Part shown: one piece after another, positions 9,535-18,900 of the stretch
How the letters are laid out: every line of letters begins with the position of its first letter
How positions within the stretch are numbered: the stretch's first letter is position 1
DNA from: an uncultured Acidobacteriota bacterium
Lineage (GTDB): Bacteria; Acidobacteriota; Thermoanaerobaculia; Multivoradales; UBA5704
Direction of reading: 5' to 3'
Length of the DNA: 64,000 nt
Assembly (NCBI GenBank): GCA_963700145.1
Contig: OY969474.1
Span: 3,008,001-3,072,000 of the forward strand
Program-made: the position numbers and the translations under genes
The notes under the pieces: generated by a model
The model's database searches: none
Seen by the model: the letters and a program-made list of their open reading frames with translations, nothing else
Told to the model about the DNA's origin: nothing

Positions 9535-10547
9535 GGGGGGCGAGAGCGGCGGCGACGGCGGGCGTCGCGCTGATCTCCGCGGCCGTCGGTGCGGTGGCGG
9601 TGCCTTCGTCTCCCCCGACGGCGTTCGTCGAGCGCCGCATGGGGATGATGGGCACGACCCTGGTCCTGAGAGTCGAGGCCGGCGACCGCGCCGCCGCCCT
9701 CGCGGCGAGCGAGCGGGCGGCGAGAGCGCTCGAAGCCGCGGAGGCCCGCCTCTCGACCTGGCGCGACGACACCGAGCTGGCGCGGCTCAATCGCGCCCCG
9801 ATCGGAAGAGCGGTTCCGCTCTCTGCGTCGCTCGCGGAGGAGCTGGCCGCGGCGCGCAGGTGCTGGCAGGAGACGGACGGCGCCTTCGATCCGGCGATCG
9901 GCGAGCTGGTCGCGGCGTGGGGCCTCCGCACCGGCGGAAAGATTCCGGGTAAGGAGGAACGGGAGGAGGCGCGGGTGGCGAGCGGCTTGGACGGCCTCCG
10001 CATCTCGACGTCTGCCGCCGTGCGCCGGCGCGAAGGGGCCGTGATCGAGGAAGGCGCTTTCGGCAAGGGCGCGGGTCTCGCGGCGGCGCTCGACGTCTTG
10101 TCGTCCCTACCCGGAATCCGTTCCGCCGTCCTCGACCTCGGCGGCCAGCTCGCCTTCCTCGGTGCCGGCCGCCGCGAGGTGCTGATCGCCGACCCGCGCC
10201 GGCGCGACCGGCCGGTGCTGGCGCTCGCCGTCGAGGCCGGCTCCGTCTCAACGTCGAGCGACTCCGAGCGGCCCGGCCACCTGCTCGACCCGCGCACCGG
10301 CGAGCCGGCCGCGGACTTCGGCAGCCTCACGGTCTGGGCCGCCGACCCGCTGCGCGCCGACTGCCTCTCGACCGGGCTCTTCGTGCTCGGTCCGGAGCAA
10401 GCGCTTGAGTGGGCGGCCGCGCGGACCGATGTCGAAGTACTGGCGCTGGTGAGCGCAGGCGGACGGCTACGCGCCCTCGCCACGCCCGGCCTTGCCGGGC
10501 GCTTGCGGCCGCTGGTGGAGGAAATCGAGATTCGGCAAGAGAACTGA
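9531..10547 (+). CDS. apbE: FAD:protein FMN transferase
   Basis: MGT, ELARLN, TDGAFDPAIG, GAFGKG, DLGGQ, VSTS, HLLDPRTG, ADCLSTGLFVLG motifs; GTG 9531 gives a hydrophobic N-terminus. Confidence 0.9.
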   Translation: MRGARAAATAGVALISAAVGAVAVPSSPPTAFVERRMGMMGTTLVLRVEAGDRAAALAASERAARALEAAEARLSTWRDDTELARLNRAPIGRAVPLSASLAEELAAARRCWQETDGAFDPAIGELVAAWGLRTGGKIPGKEEREEARVASGLDGLRISTSAAVRRREGAVIEEGAFGKGAGLAAALDVLSSLPGIRSAVLDLGGQLAFLGAGRREVLIADPRRRDRPVLALAVEAGSVSTSSDSERPGHLLDPRTGEPAADFGSLTVWAADPLRADCLSTGLFVLGPEQALEWAAARTDVEVLALVSAGGRLRALATPGLAGRLRPLVEEIEIRQEN

Positions 10548-10641
10548 ACCCGGGACGGAGGGTGGCGGCTTGCCAACCGGTGTCCACCCACCGTCCCTTG
10601 ACCCGCGCGGGCGAGCCCGCGCGAGCACCAGGAGGATACAG

Positions 10642-12066
10642 ATGTCGGAGCGGTTCGCGAAGTGTGTGGGTAGGTGTGGCGCGGCGCTGCTGGTCCTGGC
10701 GGCGCTGGCGCTGCCGGGCGCGGCCATGCCGCTGGCGGCGCAGGAGGTGGAGGGAGACCAGGCGACGGAGCGCGACCGGCTCGAGGCCCTCGAGCAGGAG
10801 ATCACGGAGCTGCGCGCGGAGATCGAGCGCCTCAAGCGGGCGACCCCGCAAGCGGGCGAGCCCGCGCCCGCACCCGACGACGGCCGCCTCGCGGAGCTGG
10901 AGCGCCGCATCGAGGTGCTCGCGGAGGAGATCGAGAAGCTGACGCTCGGCGAGGCGGCGGCGCAGGCCGACCGCGGCGAGTTCGGGCTGGGGCCGGCGGC
11001 GTCGAAGGTCTACCGCACCGGCGAGGGGCTGTCGATCGGCGGTTACGGCGAGCTGCTCTACGAGAATTTCGATTCGTCGCGCGACGACGGCGCCGCCTCG
11101 GGCCGCACCGACCGCTTCGACCTGCTGCGCGGCGTCCTCTACTTCGGCTACAAGTGGAACGACCGCTGGCTGCTCAACTCGGAGGTCGAGTACGAGCACG
11201 GCGCCACTGACAAGGGAGGGTCGGTCGCGGTCGAGTTCGCCTACGTCGATTACCTCTGGCGGCCGGCGCTCGGCCTGCGCGCCGGTCTGCTGCTGGTGCC
11301 GATGGGGTTCTTGAACGAGCTGCACGAGCCGACGGTCTTTCTCGGCGCGCGGCGGCCCGGTGTCGAGACCGCGATCATCCCCACGACCTGGCGCGAGAAC
11401 GGGCTCGGGGTGTTCGGCGAGACCGGCAATCTCACCTACCGCGCCTACGTGGTGAACGGCCTCGACGCGGCGGGGTTCACCGCTGGCGGGCTGCGCGGCG
11501 GGCGGCAGAAGGGGGCGCAGGCGAAGGCGGAGGACTTCGCGCTGGTCGGACGCTTGGACTGGCGGCCGGCGCCGGGATTGCTGGTCGGCGGGTCGGCGTA
11601 CTTCGGCGATTCGGGGCAGGGGTTGCGGGGGCTGGATGTGGGGACGCGGATCCTGGAGGCGCACGCGGAGTGGCGGTGGCAGGGGTTGGAGGTGCGGGGG
11701 CTGCTGGCGCGGGCGGAGCTGGACGAGGTGGGGGCGCTGAACTCGGCGCTGGGGTTGACGGGGGCTGCTTCGGTGGGCGAGGAGATGGAGGGGTGGTATG
11801 CGCAGGTTGGGTATGACGTGTTCTCGCGGTGGGGGCGGGGGGAGCAGTCGTTGACGCCTTATCTGCGGTGGGAGGAGATGGATACGCAGGCGGCGGTGCC
11901 GGCGGGGTTCCGGGCTGGCGCGGCGAACGATGTGGAGACGCTGACGCTTGGGGTGGCTTATCAGCCGATCGACTCGGTGATCCTGAAGATCGATCATCAG
12001 GACTTCGACAACGGGGCGGGGACTGGGGTGGATCAGTTCAACGTGTTGCTGGGGTACATCTTCTGA
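10642..12066 (+). CDS. outer-membrane beta-barrel porin with N-terminal coiled coil
   Basis: AGGAGG RBS, signal peptide, coiled coil, IGGYGE, EVEYEHG, EFAYVDY, IIPTTWRENG, terminal Phe (LGYIF). Confidence 0.78.
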   Translation: MSERFAKCVGRCGAALLVLAALALPGAAMPLAAQEVEGDQATERDRLEALEQEITELRAEIERLKRATPQAGEPAPAPDDGRLAELERRIEVLAEEIEKLTLGEAAAQADRGEFGLGPAASKVYRTGEGLSIGGYGELLYENFDSSRDDGAASGRTDRFDLLRGVLYFGYKWNDRWLLNSEVEYEHGATDKGGSVAVEFAYVDYLWRPALGLRAGLLLVPMGFLNELHEPTVFLGARRPGVETAIIPTTWRENGLGVFGETGNLTYRAYVVNGLDAAGFTAGGLRGGRQKGAQAKAEDFALVGRLDWRPAPGLLVGGSAYFGDSGQGLRGLDVGTRILEAHAEWRWQGLEVRGLLARAELDEVGALNSALGLTGAASVGEEMEGWYAQVGYDVFSRWGRGEQSLTPYLRWEEMDTQAAVPAGFRAGAANDVETLTLGVAYQPIDSVILKIDHQDFDNGAGTGVDQFNVLLGYIF

Positions 12067-12803
12067 TGGTGCATGGCGTAACGGTGGCGAGGGGGTACCG
12101 GGGGGCTTGCGCAGGGGACCGGCGCGAGCCAAAAGGCCTTCGGGAGGGGGGCTCGCGCCTGCGCTTCGCTGCGCGCGGGATCGTCGAGGCCTGCGGAAGG
12201 AGTTGCCGGCGCTTGCGAAGAGCTCCCCTGCGCAAGCCCCCCGGTACCCCGGGACCGTTCCCTCGCTACCTGAAAAGACTGGCGCTCGCCGTCGGGTTCG
12301 TGTCGCTGTCGGGGACTCTGCATGCGAAGGTGTTTCTGACTGTGGACGAAGCGCTTCGGCTGGCTTTTCCGGACGCCAAGGTTGAGCGGCGCACGAGCTA
12401 TCTCACCGAGCAGCAACGGAACAAGGCGACCGAGTTGGCGGGGATTCCGGTGCCTTCGCGGTTGGTGCATGCCTACGTCGCTACGGCGGGTGGTCGGGCG
12501 GTGGGGACGGCTTACTTCGATACGCACCGCGTGCGGACGTTGCCGGAGACGGTGATGGTGGTGCTCGATCCTTCGGGGAAGGTGCGGCGGGTGGAGGTGT
12601 TGTCGTTCAATGAGCCGCAGGATTACTTGCCGGGGGGAGGCTGGTATGGGCAGTTCGCGGGGCGGGGGTTGGACGAGCGGCTGGCTTTGAAGCGGGACAT
12701 CCGGCCGCTGACGGGGGCGACGTTGACGGCGCGGGCGACGACGTCCGCGGTGCGGCGGGTGTTGGCGGTGCATCGGGTGCTCCAGGAGGGGGCGGCGCGG
12801 TGA
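12066..12803 (+). CDS. extracytoplasmic FMN-binding (flavinylation target) protein; start uncertain
   Basis: Signal peptide KRLALAVGFVSLSGTLHA and flavinylation motif LTGATLT; ATG 12066 reads in frame through the palindromic element, alternative CTG near 12270. Confidence 0.8.
   Translation: MVHGVTVARGYRGACAGDRREPKGLREGGSRLRFAARGIVEACGRSCRRLRRAPLRKPPGTPGPFPRYLKRLALAVGFVSLSGTLHAKVFLTVDEALRLAFPDAKVERRTSYLTEQQRNKATELAGIPVPSRLVHAYVATAGGRAVGTAYFDTHRVRTLPETVMVVLDPSGKVRRVEVLSFNEPQDYLPGGGWYGQFAGRGLDERLALKRDIRPLTGATLTARATTSAVRRVLAVHRVLQEGAAR
12092..12250 (-). repeat. ~160-bp palindromic element, copy A (REP/MITE-like or structured ncRNA)
   Basis: Perfect 27-bp inverted repeat 12092-12118/12224-12250; its 105-nt core is homologous to the reverse complement of copy B's core. 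Confidence 0.85.
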
Positions 12804-13300
12804 GCCGGTTCGAGGCCTGGCTGGCGCACATGGCGACGATCCTGGTCGGCGGCACGGGGCTGGTGTACGCCTGGATGCGCTACGTGATGCAGCCGCTGGA
12901 GCCGTTCGCGGTGGTCAATCATCCGCTGCAGCCGACGGTGCAGCACCTGCACGTGCTGGTGGCGCCGCTGCTGGTGTTCGTCGCCGGGCAGATCTGGTAC
13001 CGGCACGCCTGGATGCACTGGAAGAAGGGGGTGCCGCAGGGGCGGCGGAGCGGCATCGGGCTGGCGCTGACGCTGGTGCCGATGGTGGTCTCGGGGTACT
13101 TGATCCAGACGACGGTGTCGGAGGGGTGGCGGACGGCCTGGGTCGTCGTCCACTGCACGGCCTCGGCGCTCTGGATCGCCGGCTATCTAGGCCACCAGCT
13201 GGCGCGTCAGGCGGGGGGCCGGTCCGCGGGGGAGACCAGCCCGTCGAGCACCGCCGCGAACGCGGCGCGCGTCTCGCGCGGGCCGTACGCGGCCGGGTAG
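12800..13300 (+). CDS. four-TM His-rich membrane protein (cytochrome b/DUF4405-like)
   Basis: Four hydrophobic segments with His (HLHV, YRHA, VHCT, LGHQ); coupled to the FMN-binding gene. Confidence 0.65.
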   Translation: MSRFEAWLAHMATILVGGTGLVYAWMRYVMQPLEPFAVVNHPLQPTVQHLHVLVAPLLVFVAGQIWYRHAWMHWKKGVPQGRRSGIGLALTLVPMVVSGYLIQTTVSEGWRTAWVVVHCTASALWIAGYLGHQLARQAGGRSAGETSPSSTAANAARVSRGPYAAG

Positions 13301-13863
13301 CCGACCCGGTCGGCGAGCAGGCGGTCGCGCAGCAACCCCTCGAAGGAACCGATCAGCACCGAGCGCGCCGCTTGGGGTTCCACGCCGGGGCGCAGCTCAC
13401 CGCTCTGCCGCAAGGCTTCGAGAAGGTTGTCGAGGACCTGGACGAGCTGCAGATAGCCGCTCGACAGCACCACGATCTGGCCGTGCCGGCGCATGCGCCG
13501 CCCCTCGAGGAGCATCAGGGTGCGCAGGTCGGCGTCGGACTCGAGGCCGGCGAAGAGCACATCGGACAGGAGGCGCAGCTTGGCGAGCGTCGTTCCCGGG
13601 CGCTGGAGCGCGACGCGGATCCCCTCCCCCAGCCGCGTCCAAGCCTCCTCGAAGATGGCGTCGAGCAGGCCCTCCTTGCCGCGGAAGTGCTTGATGAGCT
13701 GGGACTCGCTGGTGCCGGCGGCGCGGGCGATGGCGGCCGTCGTGGTGCTCTCGTAGCCCTCGCGGGCGAAGAGTTGGCGGGCCGCCTGGAGGATGCGGTC
13801 GTGCGAGGAGAGCTCGGCCGGCTCCTCGGGGGACCGGCCCTGGGTCAGGGCGGACTTGGCCAC
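13207..13863 (-). CDS. TetR family regulator
   Basis: RILQAARQLFAREGYESTTTAAIARAAGTSESQLIKHFRGKEGL HTH; GTG start inferred. Confidence 0.9.
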   Translation of the reverse strand: MAKSALTQGRSPEEPAELSSHDRILQAARQLFAREGYESTTTAAIARAAGTSESQLIKHFRGKEGLLDAIFEEAWTRLGEGIRVALQRPGTTLAKLRLLSDVLFAGLESDADLRTLMLLEGRRMRRHGQIVVLSSGYLQLVQVLDNLLEALRQSGELRPGVEPQAARSVLIGSFEGLLRDRLLADRVGYPAAYGPRETRAAFAAVLDGLVSPADRPPA

Positions 13864-13899
13864 GGCGGGGCGGATGATAGGGCGGCATTGCGCTTTTTG

Positions 13900-13949
13900 C
13901 AATAGTCGTACTACTACTATTGACACCCGCCGCCGGCCGCTGGCAGAAT
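13900..13949 (+). promoter_or_regulatory. operator palindrome plus promoter upstream of the signalling cassette
   Basis: CAATAGT-N9-ACTATTG (13900-13922) overlapping TTGACA (13920-13925), 18 nt, TG-n-CAGAAT (13944-13949). Confidence 0.55.
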
Positions 13950-14012
13950 CCCCGCCTGGCCCCGTGCACGGGCCTTGCAGGCTGAGCCGCTGGCTGTTTT
14001 TGGGGGGATGAA

Positions 14013-14858
14013 ATGAAACGGACAGCCGTCCTCTTCTCTTTTGCCTTCCTCTGTCTAGTCGCCGCCCCGGCGCTCCGCGCCCAGGGGATCGTCAACCCGG
14101 TCGTCTCGGGCGACACGCTCACCGCGCAGATCGCGCTTCCCGGGGGAATCGGCGCCGACCTGACGATCACCTTCGAGCGGGCGGTGGGGCTCACACCCGA
14201 CGCCCTCGGGCTCTCGGCCCGGCTCGTCAGCCTGCCCGACCTCTCGATCCTCTCGCGCCTCACCAGCGGCCTCTCGATCCCCATCGGCTTCCCGGTCCTC
14301 CTTTCGATCGAGCCGCCGGCCACCGGCGGCCTCTCCTTCAGCGGCATCGCCGCCGTCGGCTTCCACACGCACAACTTGAACTTCACCGCCAACACCCCGC
14401 TCCGCCTCTTCAAGTCCAGCGACGGCGGCCCCTTCGAGGACGTCACCGAGACGATGGGGATGGGCAGCTACCGCGCCCGCGGCACGAGCCCCGGCTTCTC
14501 CCAGTGGCTGATCGTGGCCGACATCCGGCCGCTCAACTCCGTCATCGCCGGCAAGTTCAACCGCCTGCAGGGCCTGCTCGCCGAGCACGAGGCGGCGATC
14601 CCGGCGGAGATCCACACCGACCTCGTCGACCAACTGGCGTCGGCCCGCGCCTCCTACCAGGCCGGCGCCCTGGTGACGGCGATCCAGAAGGTCGAGGGCT
14701 TCGCCGCGACAGTCCAGGCGCACAGCGGCAGCGAGATCCCCGACGTCTGGCGCTCGGCCCGCGACCTCACCAACGTCGCCGGCGCCCTGCGCGCCGCGGC
14801 CGGGACATTGCGCTTCAGCATCAATTTGAAGAGCAACGGCGGCGGCGGGCTCCTGTGA
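14013..14858 (+). CDS. secreted protein, DUF6689-like
   Basis: Signal peptide (ALRA/Q); IEPPATGGLSF, HTHNL, RLFK, RARG..GFSQ, WRSARD motifs recalled from this family; helical C-terminus. Confidence 0.65.
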   Translation: MKRTAVLFSFAFLCLVAAPALRAQGIVNPVVSGDTLTAQIALPGGIGADLTITFERAVGLTPDALGLSARLVSLPDLSILSRLTSGLSIPIGFPVLLSIEPPATGGLSFSGIAAVGFHTHNLNFTANTPLRLFKSSDGGPFEDVTETMGMGSYRARGTSPGFSQWLIVADIRPLNSVIAGKFNRLQGLLAEHEAAIPAEIHTDLVDQLASARASYQAGALVTAIQKVEGFAATVQAHSGSEIPDVWRSARDLTNVAGALRAAAGTLRFSINLKSNGGGGLL

Positions 14859-14894
14859 CGAGCTGAGGGTCTCTGTGACAATCTGAGCGTCGGC

Positions 14895-15923
14895 ATGGCC
14901 GCGCGCCTGATCCTCCACCTGCCGATGGGTCCGGCCCGCGTCGTCGACCTCGCGGACGACCGCGAGCTGGTGGTGGGCCGCGAGGCGGGCTGCGAGGTGC
15001 TGCTCGACGACGATCGGGTCTCCCGGAACCACGCCCGCCTCACCCCGCCGGCGCGCGACGGCGAGCTCTGGATGCTCAGCGACCTGGAGTCGAAGAACGG
15101 CACCGCCGTCGACGGCGTGCCGGTCAAGGTCGCGCCCCTCCCCGACCGCTGCTGGGTCAACTTCGGCGGCCTCCTCGCCCGCTTCGAGCGCGTCGAGCTG
15201 GCCGAGAGCCACGACGAGCGCCTCCGCCGCTGGCGCACCTCGCTCGACCTCTCCCGCGGCCTCGCCCCGGCCGAGGGGCTCGAGCGCCTGCTGCGCCGCA
15301 TCCTCGACTCCGTCCTGGCGCTTTCCGGCGCCGAGCGCGGCATGGTGCTGCTGGCCGAAGCGGGAGGCGACCTGACGATCGCCGCCACCGCCGGCATCAC
15401 CTCTTCCGACCTGGCCGACGCCGAGTTCTCGGGCAGCGTCGCCGCCGTCGAGCGGGTGCTCGCCACCGGCCGCCCCTTCGCCACCTCCGACGTGCGCAGC
15501 GACGCCTACCTGGGCGAGCGGCCGAGCGTCCTGCGCGAGGGGATCCGCGCCCTCCTCTGCGTGCCGCTCAAGGTGCTCGACCGGCTGGCCGGCGCCGTCT
15601 ACGCCGACAGCCGCCGCCCGGGCGCCGCCTTCACCGAGCTGGACCTCGAGATCCTCGAGGGGCTGGCGTCGCAGGCGGGGATGGCGATCGCCGTCGCCCG
15701 CCTCGACCACGAGCTGCACGCCCTGGCCCACGAGCTGGAGGCCGAGGGACCGGCTGGCCGCTCCTGGGGAGAGCGCTTCGAAGAAGTGCTCGACCGCTCG
15801 CTCGGGCCCCACCTGCTGCCAGGCCGCGCCGCCGCCGCGGCCTCCGCCACCGCCACCGGCGCCCCCACCACCTGGCACGGGGTCCTCGCCAGCCACCGCC
15901 GCCCGCTCGGGGTGGAGGAGTGA
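14895..15923 (+). CDS. FHA-GAF domain protein
   Basis: FHA: VGR, RVSRNHA, DLESKNGT; GAF: AERGMV, LCVPLKV, GAVYAD, FTELDL. Confidence 0.88.
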   Translation: MAARLILHLPMGPARVVDLADDRELVVGREAGCEVLLDDDRVSRNHARLTPPARDGELWMLSDLESKNGTAVDGVPVKVAPLPDRCWVNFGGLLARFERVELAESHDERLRRWRTSLDLSRGLAPAEGLERLLRRILDSVLALSGAERGMVLLAEAGGDLTIAATAGITSSDLADAEFSGSVAAVERVLATGRPFATSDVRSDAYLGERPSVLREGIRALLCVPLKVLDRLAGAVYADSRRPGAAFTELDLEILEGLASQAGMAIAVARLDHELHALAHELEAEGPAGRSWGERFEEVLDRSLGPHLLPGRAAAAASATATGAPTTWHGVLASHRRPLGVEE

Positions 15924-18900
15924 GCGCGGCGCCCCCCGACCCGGGCACCGATCCCGGCTCCGCCGGCGGCGCCACCCGCACCAGTAGCGACGGCCCGCGC
16001 CGCCTCGCCCCCGGCACGCTGCTGGCCGGCCGCTACCGCATCCTCGAGCTGGTCGGCGTCGGCGGGATGGGCGTCGTCTACCGCGCCCTCGACGAGCAGC
16101 TCGGCGTCGAGGTGGCGGTCAAGACGCTGCGCGGCGAGCTGGCGCCCGACGAGGCGCTCCTCGACCGCTTCCGCAAGGAGCTGATCCTCGCCCGCCAAGT
16201 CAGCCATCGCAACGTCGTCCGCATCCACGACATCGGCCACGACGGGCCGCTCCACTTCCTGAGCATGGACTTCGTGCCCGGGCGCTCGCTGCGCGAGGTG
16301 CTCGAGCAGGAGGGGCCGATGCCGCCGGAGCGGGCGCTGGCGATCGGCCGCCAGCTCGCCGAGGCGCTCGACACCGCCCACCGCGAAGGCGTGGTGCACC
16401 GCGACCTCAAGCCCGCCAACGTCCTGATCGGCGACGGCGACCGCGCCTACGTCACCGACTTCGGCGTCGCCCGCTCGCTGCGCTCGGCCGGGCTCACTCG
16501 CCCAGGCTCGGTCATCGGCACTCTCGACTACCTCTCGCCCGAGCAGGCCAAGGGGGAGGAGGTGGACGGCCGGAGCGACCTCTACGCCCTGGGGCTCCTC
16601 CTCTTTGAGATGCTCTCCGGCAAGCTCCCCTTCGCCGGCGGCACCGACACCGAGGTCCTGGCGCAGCGGCTGGCGGCGCAGCCGCGCGACCTGACCGAGC
16701 TGGGGGTCGCCGCGCCGCGCGGCCTGCGCGCCGTCCTCAAGCGCCTCCTCGCCCGCGACCCGGCCGACCGCTACCAGACCGCGGGCGAGCTGCTCGCCGA
16801 TCTCGACCGCGGGATCACCGGGCTCCGGCCGGCGCTCCGCTTGCCGCGCCGCGGCCGCTGGGCCGCCGCCGCGGCGCTCGTCCTCGTCGCCCTCGCCGCC
16901 GCCGGCTGGCTCGCCTGGCGGCGCGGCCTCGACCGCCCGGACGGCGCCCCCGCAGCGACCGCCGCCTCCCCCGCCAAGCCGCGCCACGCCGTCGCCGTCC
17001 TCCCCCTCGCCGACCAGACCGGCCGCCCGGACCTTGCCTGGGCCGGCACCGGCCTGGCCGAGATGCTCGCGGCCGCCCTCGCCGAGAGCCCCGAGCTGCG
17101 CGTCGTCGACAGCGCGCGCGTTCTTTCCACGTTGGCCGACCTCAAGCTCCCCGCCGGCCCGCTCCCCGCCGCCCAGCTCCGCCAGCTCGCCGACCTCCTC
17201 GACGCCGACCGCCTGGTGACCGGGAGCCTGCGCGCCGTCGGCGGCCGGGTGCGCGCCGACCTCCGGCTCGTCGCCGCCGACCTTCCCGACCTCCCGTCCG
17301 AGCAGGTCGCCGCCGAGCGCGGCCGCGCCGAGGAGGTGCTCGACCTGGTCGCCGAGCTAGGCCGGGCGTTGCGCGCGCGCTTGACCGTCGAGCCGGTCCC
17401 CGAAGCCTCGGAGGTGGCCTCCGCGGTGCCGGCCGCGGCCGCCGCCTACGCCGAAGGGGTCGGGCACCTCTTGCGCGGCGAGCCGCTCAAGGCGGCGCCG
17501 GTGCTGGAGCGCGCGACGGCGGCCGACCCCGCCTTCGCGGCCGCCTGGGTGCGCCTCGCCCACACGCAGCAGGCGCTCGGCCACGACGACCGTGCCCTCG
17601 CGGCCGTGCGCCAGGCGCTCGGGCGGCTCCAGGGGTCGCGCAGCCGCCTGGCCTCCGAGGCGCGGGCGCTGGAGGCGCGCATGGCCGGCGATCCGGAGCG
17701 CGCCCGGCGCCTGCAGGAGGAGCTGGTCGCGCGCTACCCGAACGACCTCGAGGCGCGCGTCGCGCTCGCCGAGGCGCGGGCCGAGGAGGGGGAGCTGGCG
17801 CCGGCGGCCGCCGAGCTGCGGCGCGTCGTCGCCCTCGACCCCGACCATCCGCGCGCCTGGTACCTGCTCGGCAAGTACTCGATCATGACCGGCCAGAGCC
17901 GCGCCGCCGTGGACGACCACCTCGTGCACGCGATGGTCATCCAGAACCGGCTCGGCAACGAGCAGGGGAAAGCCGAGGTGCTCAACGCGCTCGGCGCCGC
18001 CTACAACGAGCTCGGCGACCACGAGGCCGCCCTCCGCCACTACCAGCAGGCGGCCGAGCTGCGGAAGAAGATCGGCGACGACCGCGGCTACGCCATCACC
18101 CTGCGCAACTTGGCCGACATCTACACCGTGCGCGGCGAGGGCGCCAAGGCCGAGGAGCTGCTCGGCGAGGGGCTCGCCATCCTCGAGCGGATCGGCGACC
18201 GCACCGGCATCGCCGACCTGCACAACGCCTTCGGCGTCCTGGCCGAGGAGCGCGGTGACCCGCAAGAGGCGCTCGACCACTACCGCCGCGCCCTCCAGGA
18301 GCGCAAGGCCCTGGGCGAGCGGCTGGGCCTCGCCCAGAGCCTCAACAACGTCGGCTTCGCCTACTACCTGCTCGGCCAGTACGACAACGCGATGGTCTAC
18401 TGGCGGCAGGCGCTCGACCTCTACCGCCAGGCCGGCGACGCCACCGGCGTCGTCTTCGCCACCCAGAGCGTCGGCCTGCTCGAGTTGGCGCAGGGCGAGT
18501 GGCCGCGCGCCACCCGCTCCTTCCTTTCGGCGCTCGAGAAGAGCCGCGAGCTCGACATGCAGGACACGACCGCGGTCTCCCTCGGGCACCTCGGGCGGCT
18601 CGCCCATCTCCAGGGGCGCTTCGCCGCCGCCCTCGCCAACTACCGCGAGGCGCTCGCCGTCTGCCAGGCGCTCGAGGACCGGCGCGGCTTGGCCGAGTTC
18701 ACCCTCGCCGAAGCCGAGGTCTACCTCGACCTCGGCGCCCCCGGCGAGGCCGCCCGCCGCCTCGACGCGGCGGCGCGCTGGATCGACGAGGAGGGCGGCA
18801 ACCGCGAGCAGCGCGCCGAGCTGCTGCGGCTGCGCGGCGAGCGGGCGCTCGCCGCCGGCGACGCGGCCGGCGCCCGCCGCGACCTCGCCGCCGCCGTCGC

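Noticed and set aside
12092-12250. Autonomous IS element
   Set aside because: No transposase ORF, no clear target duplication, and terminal sequences are not conserved between copies.
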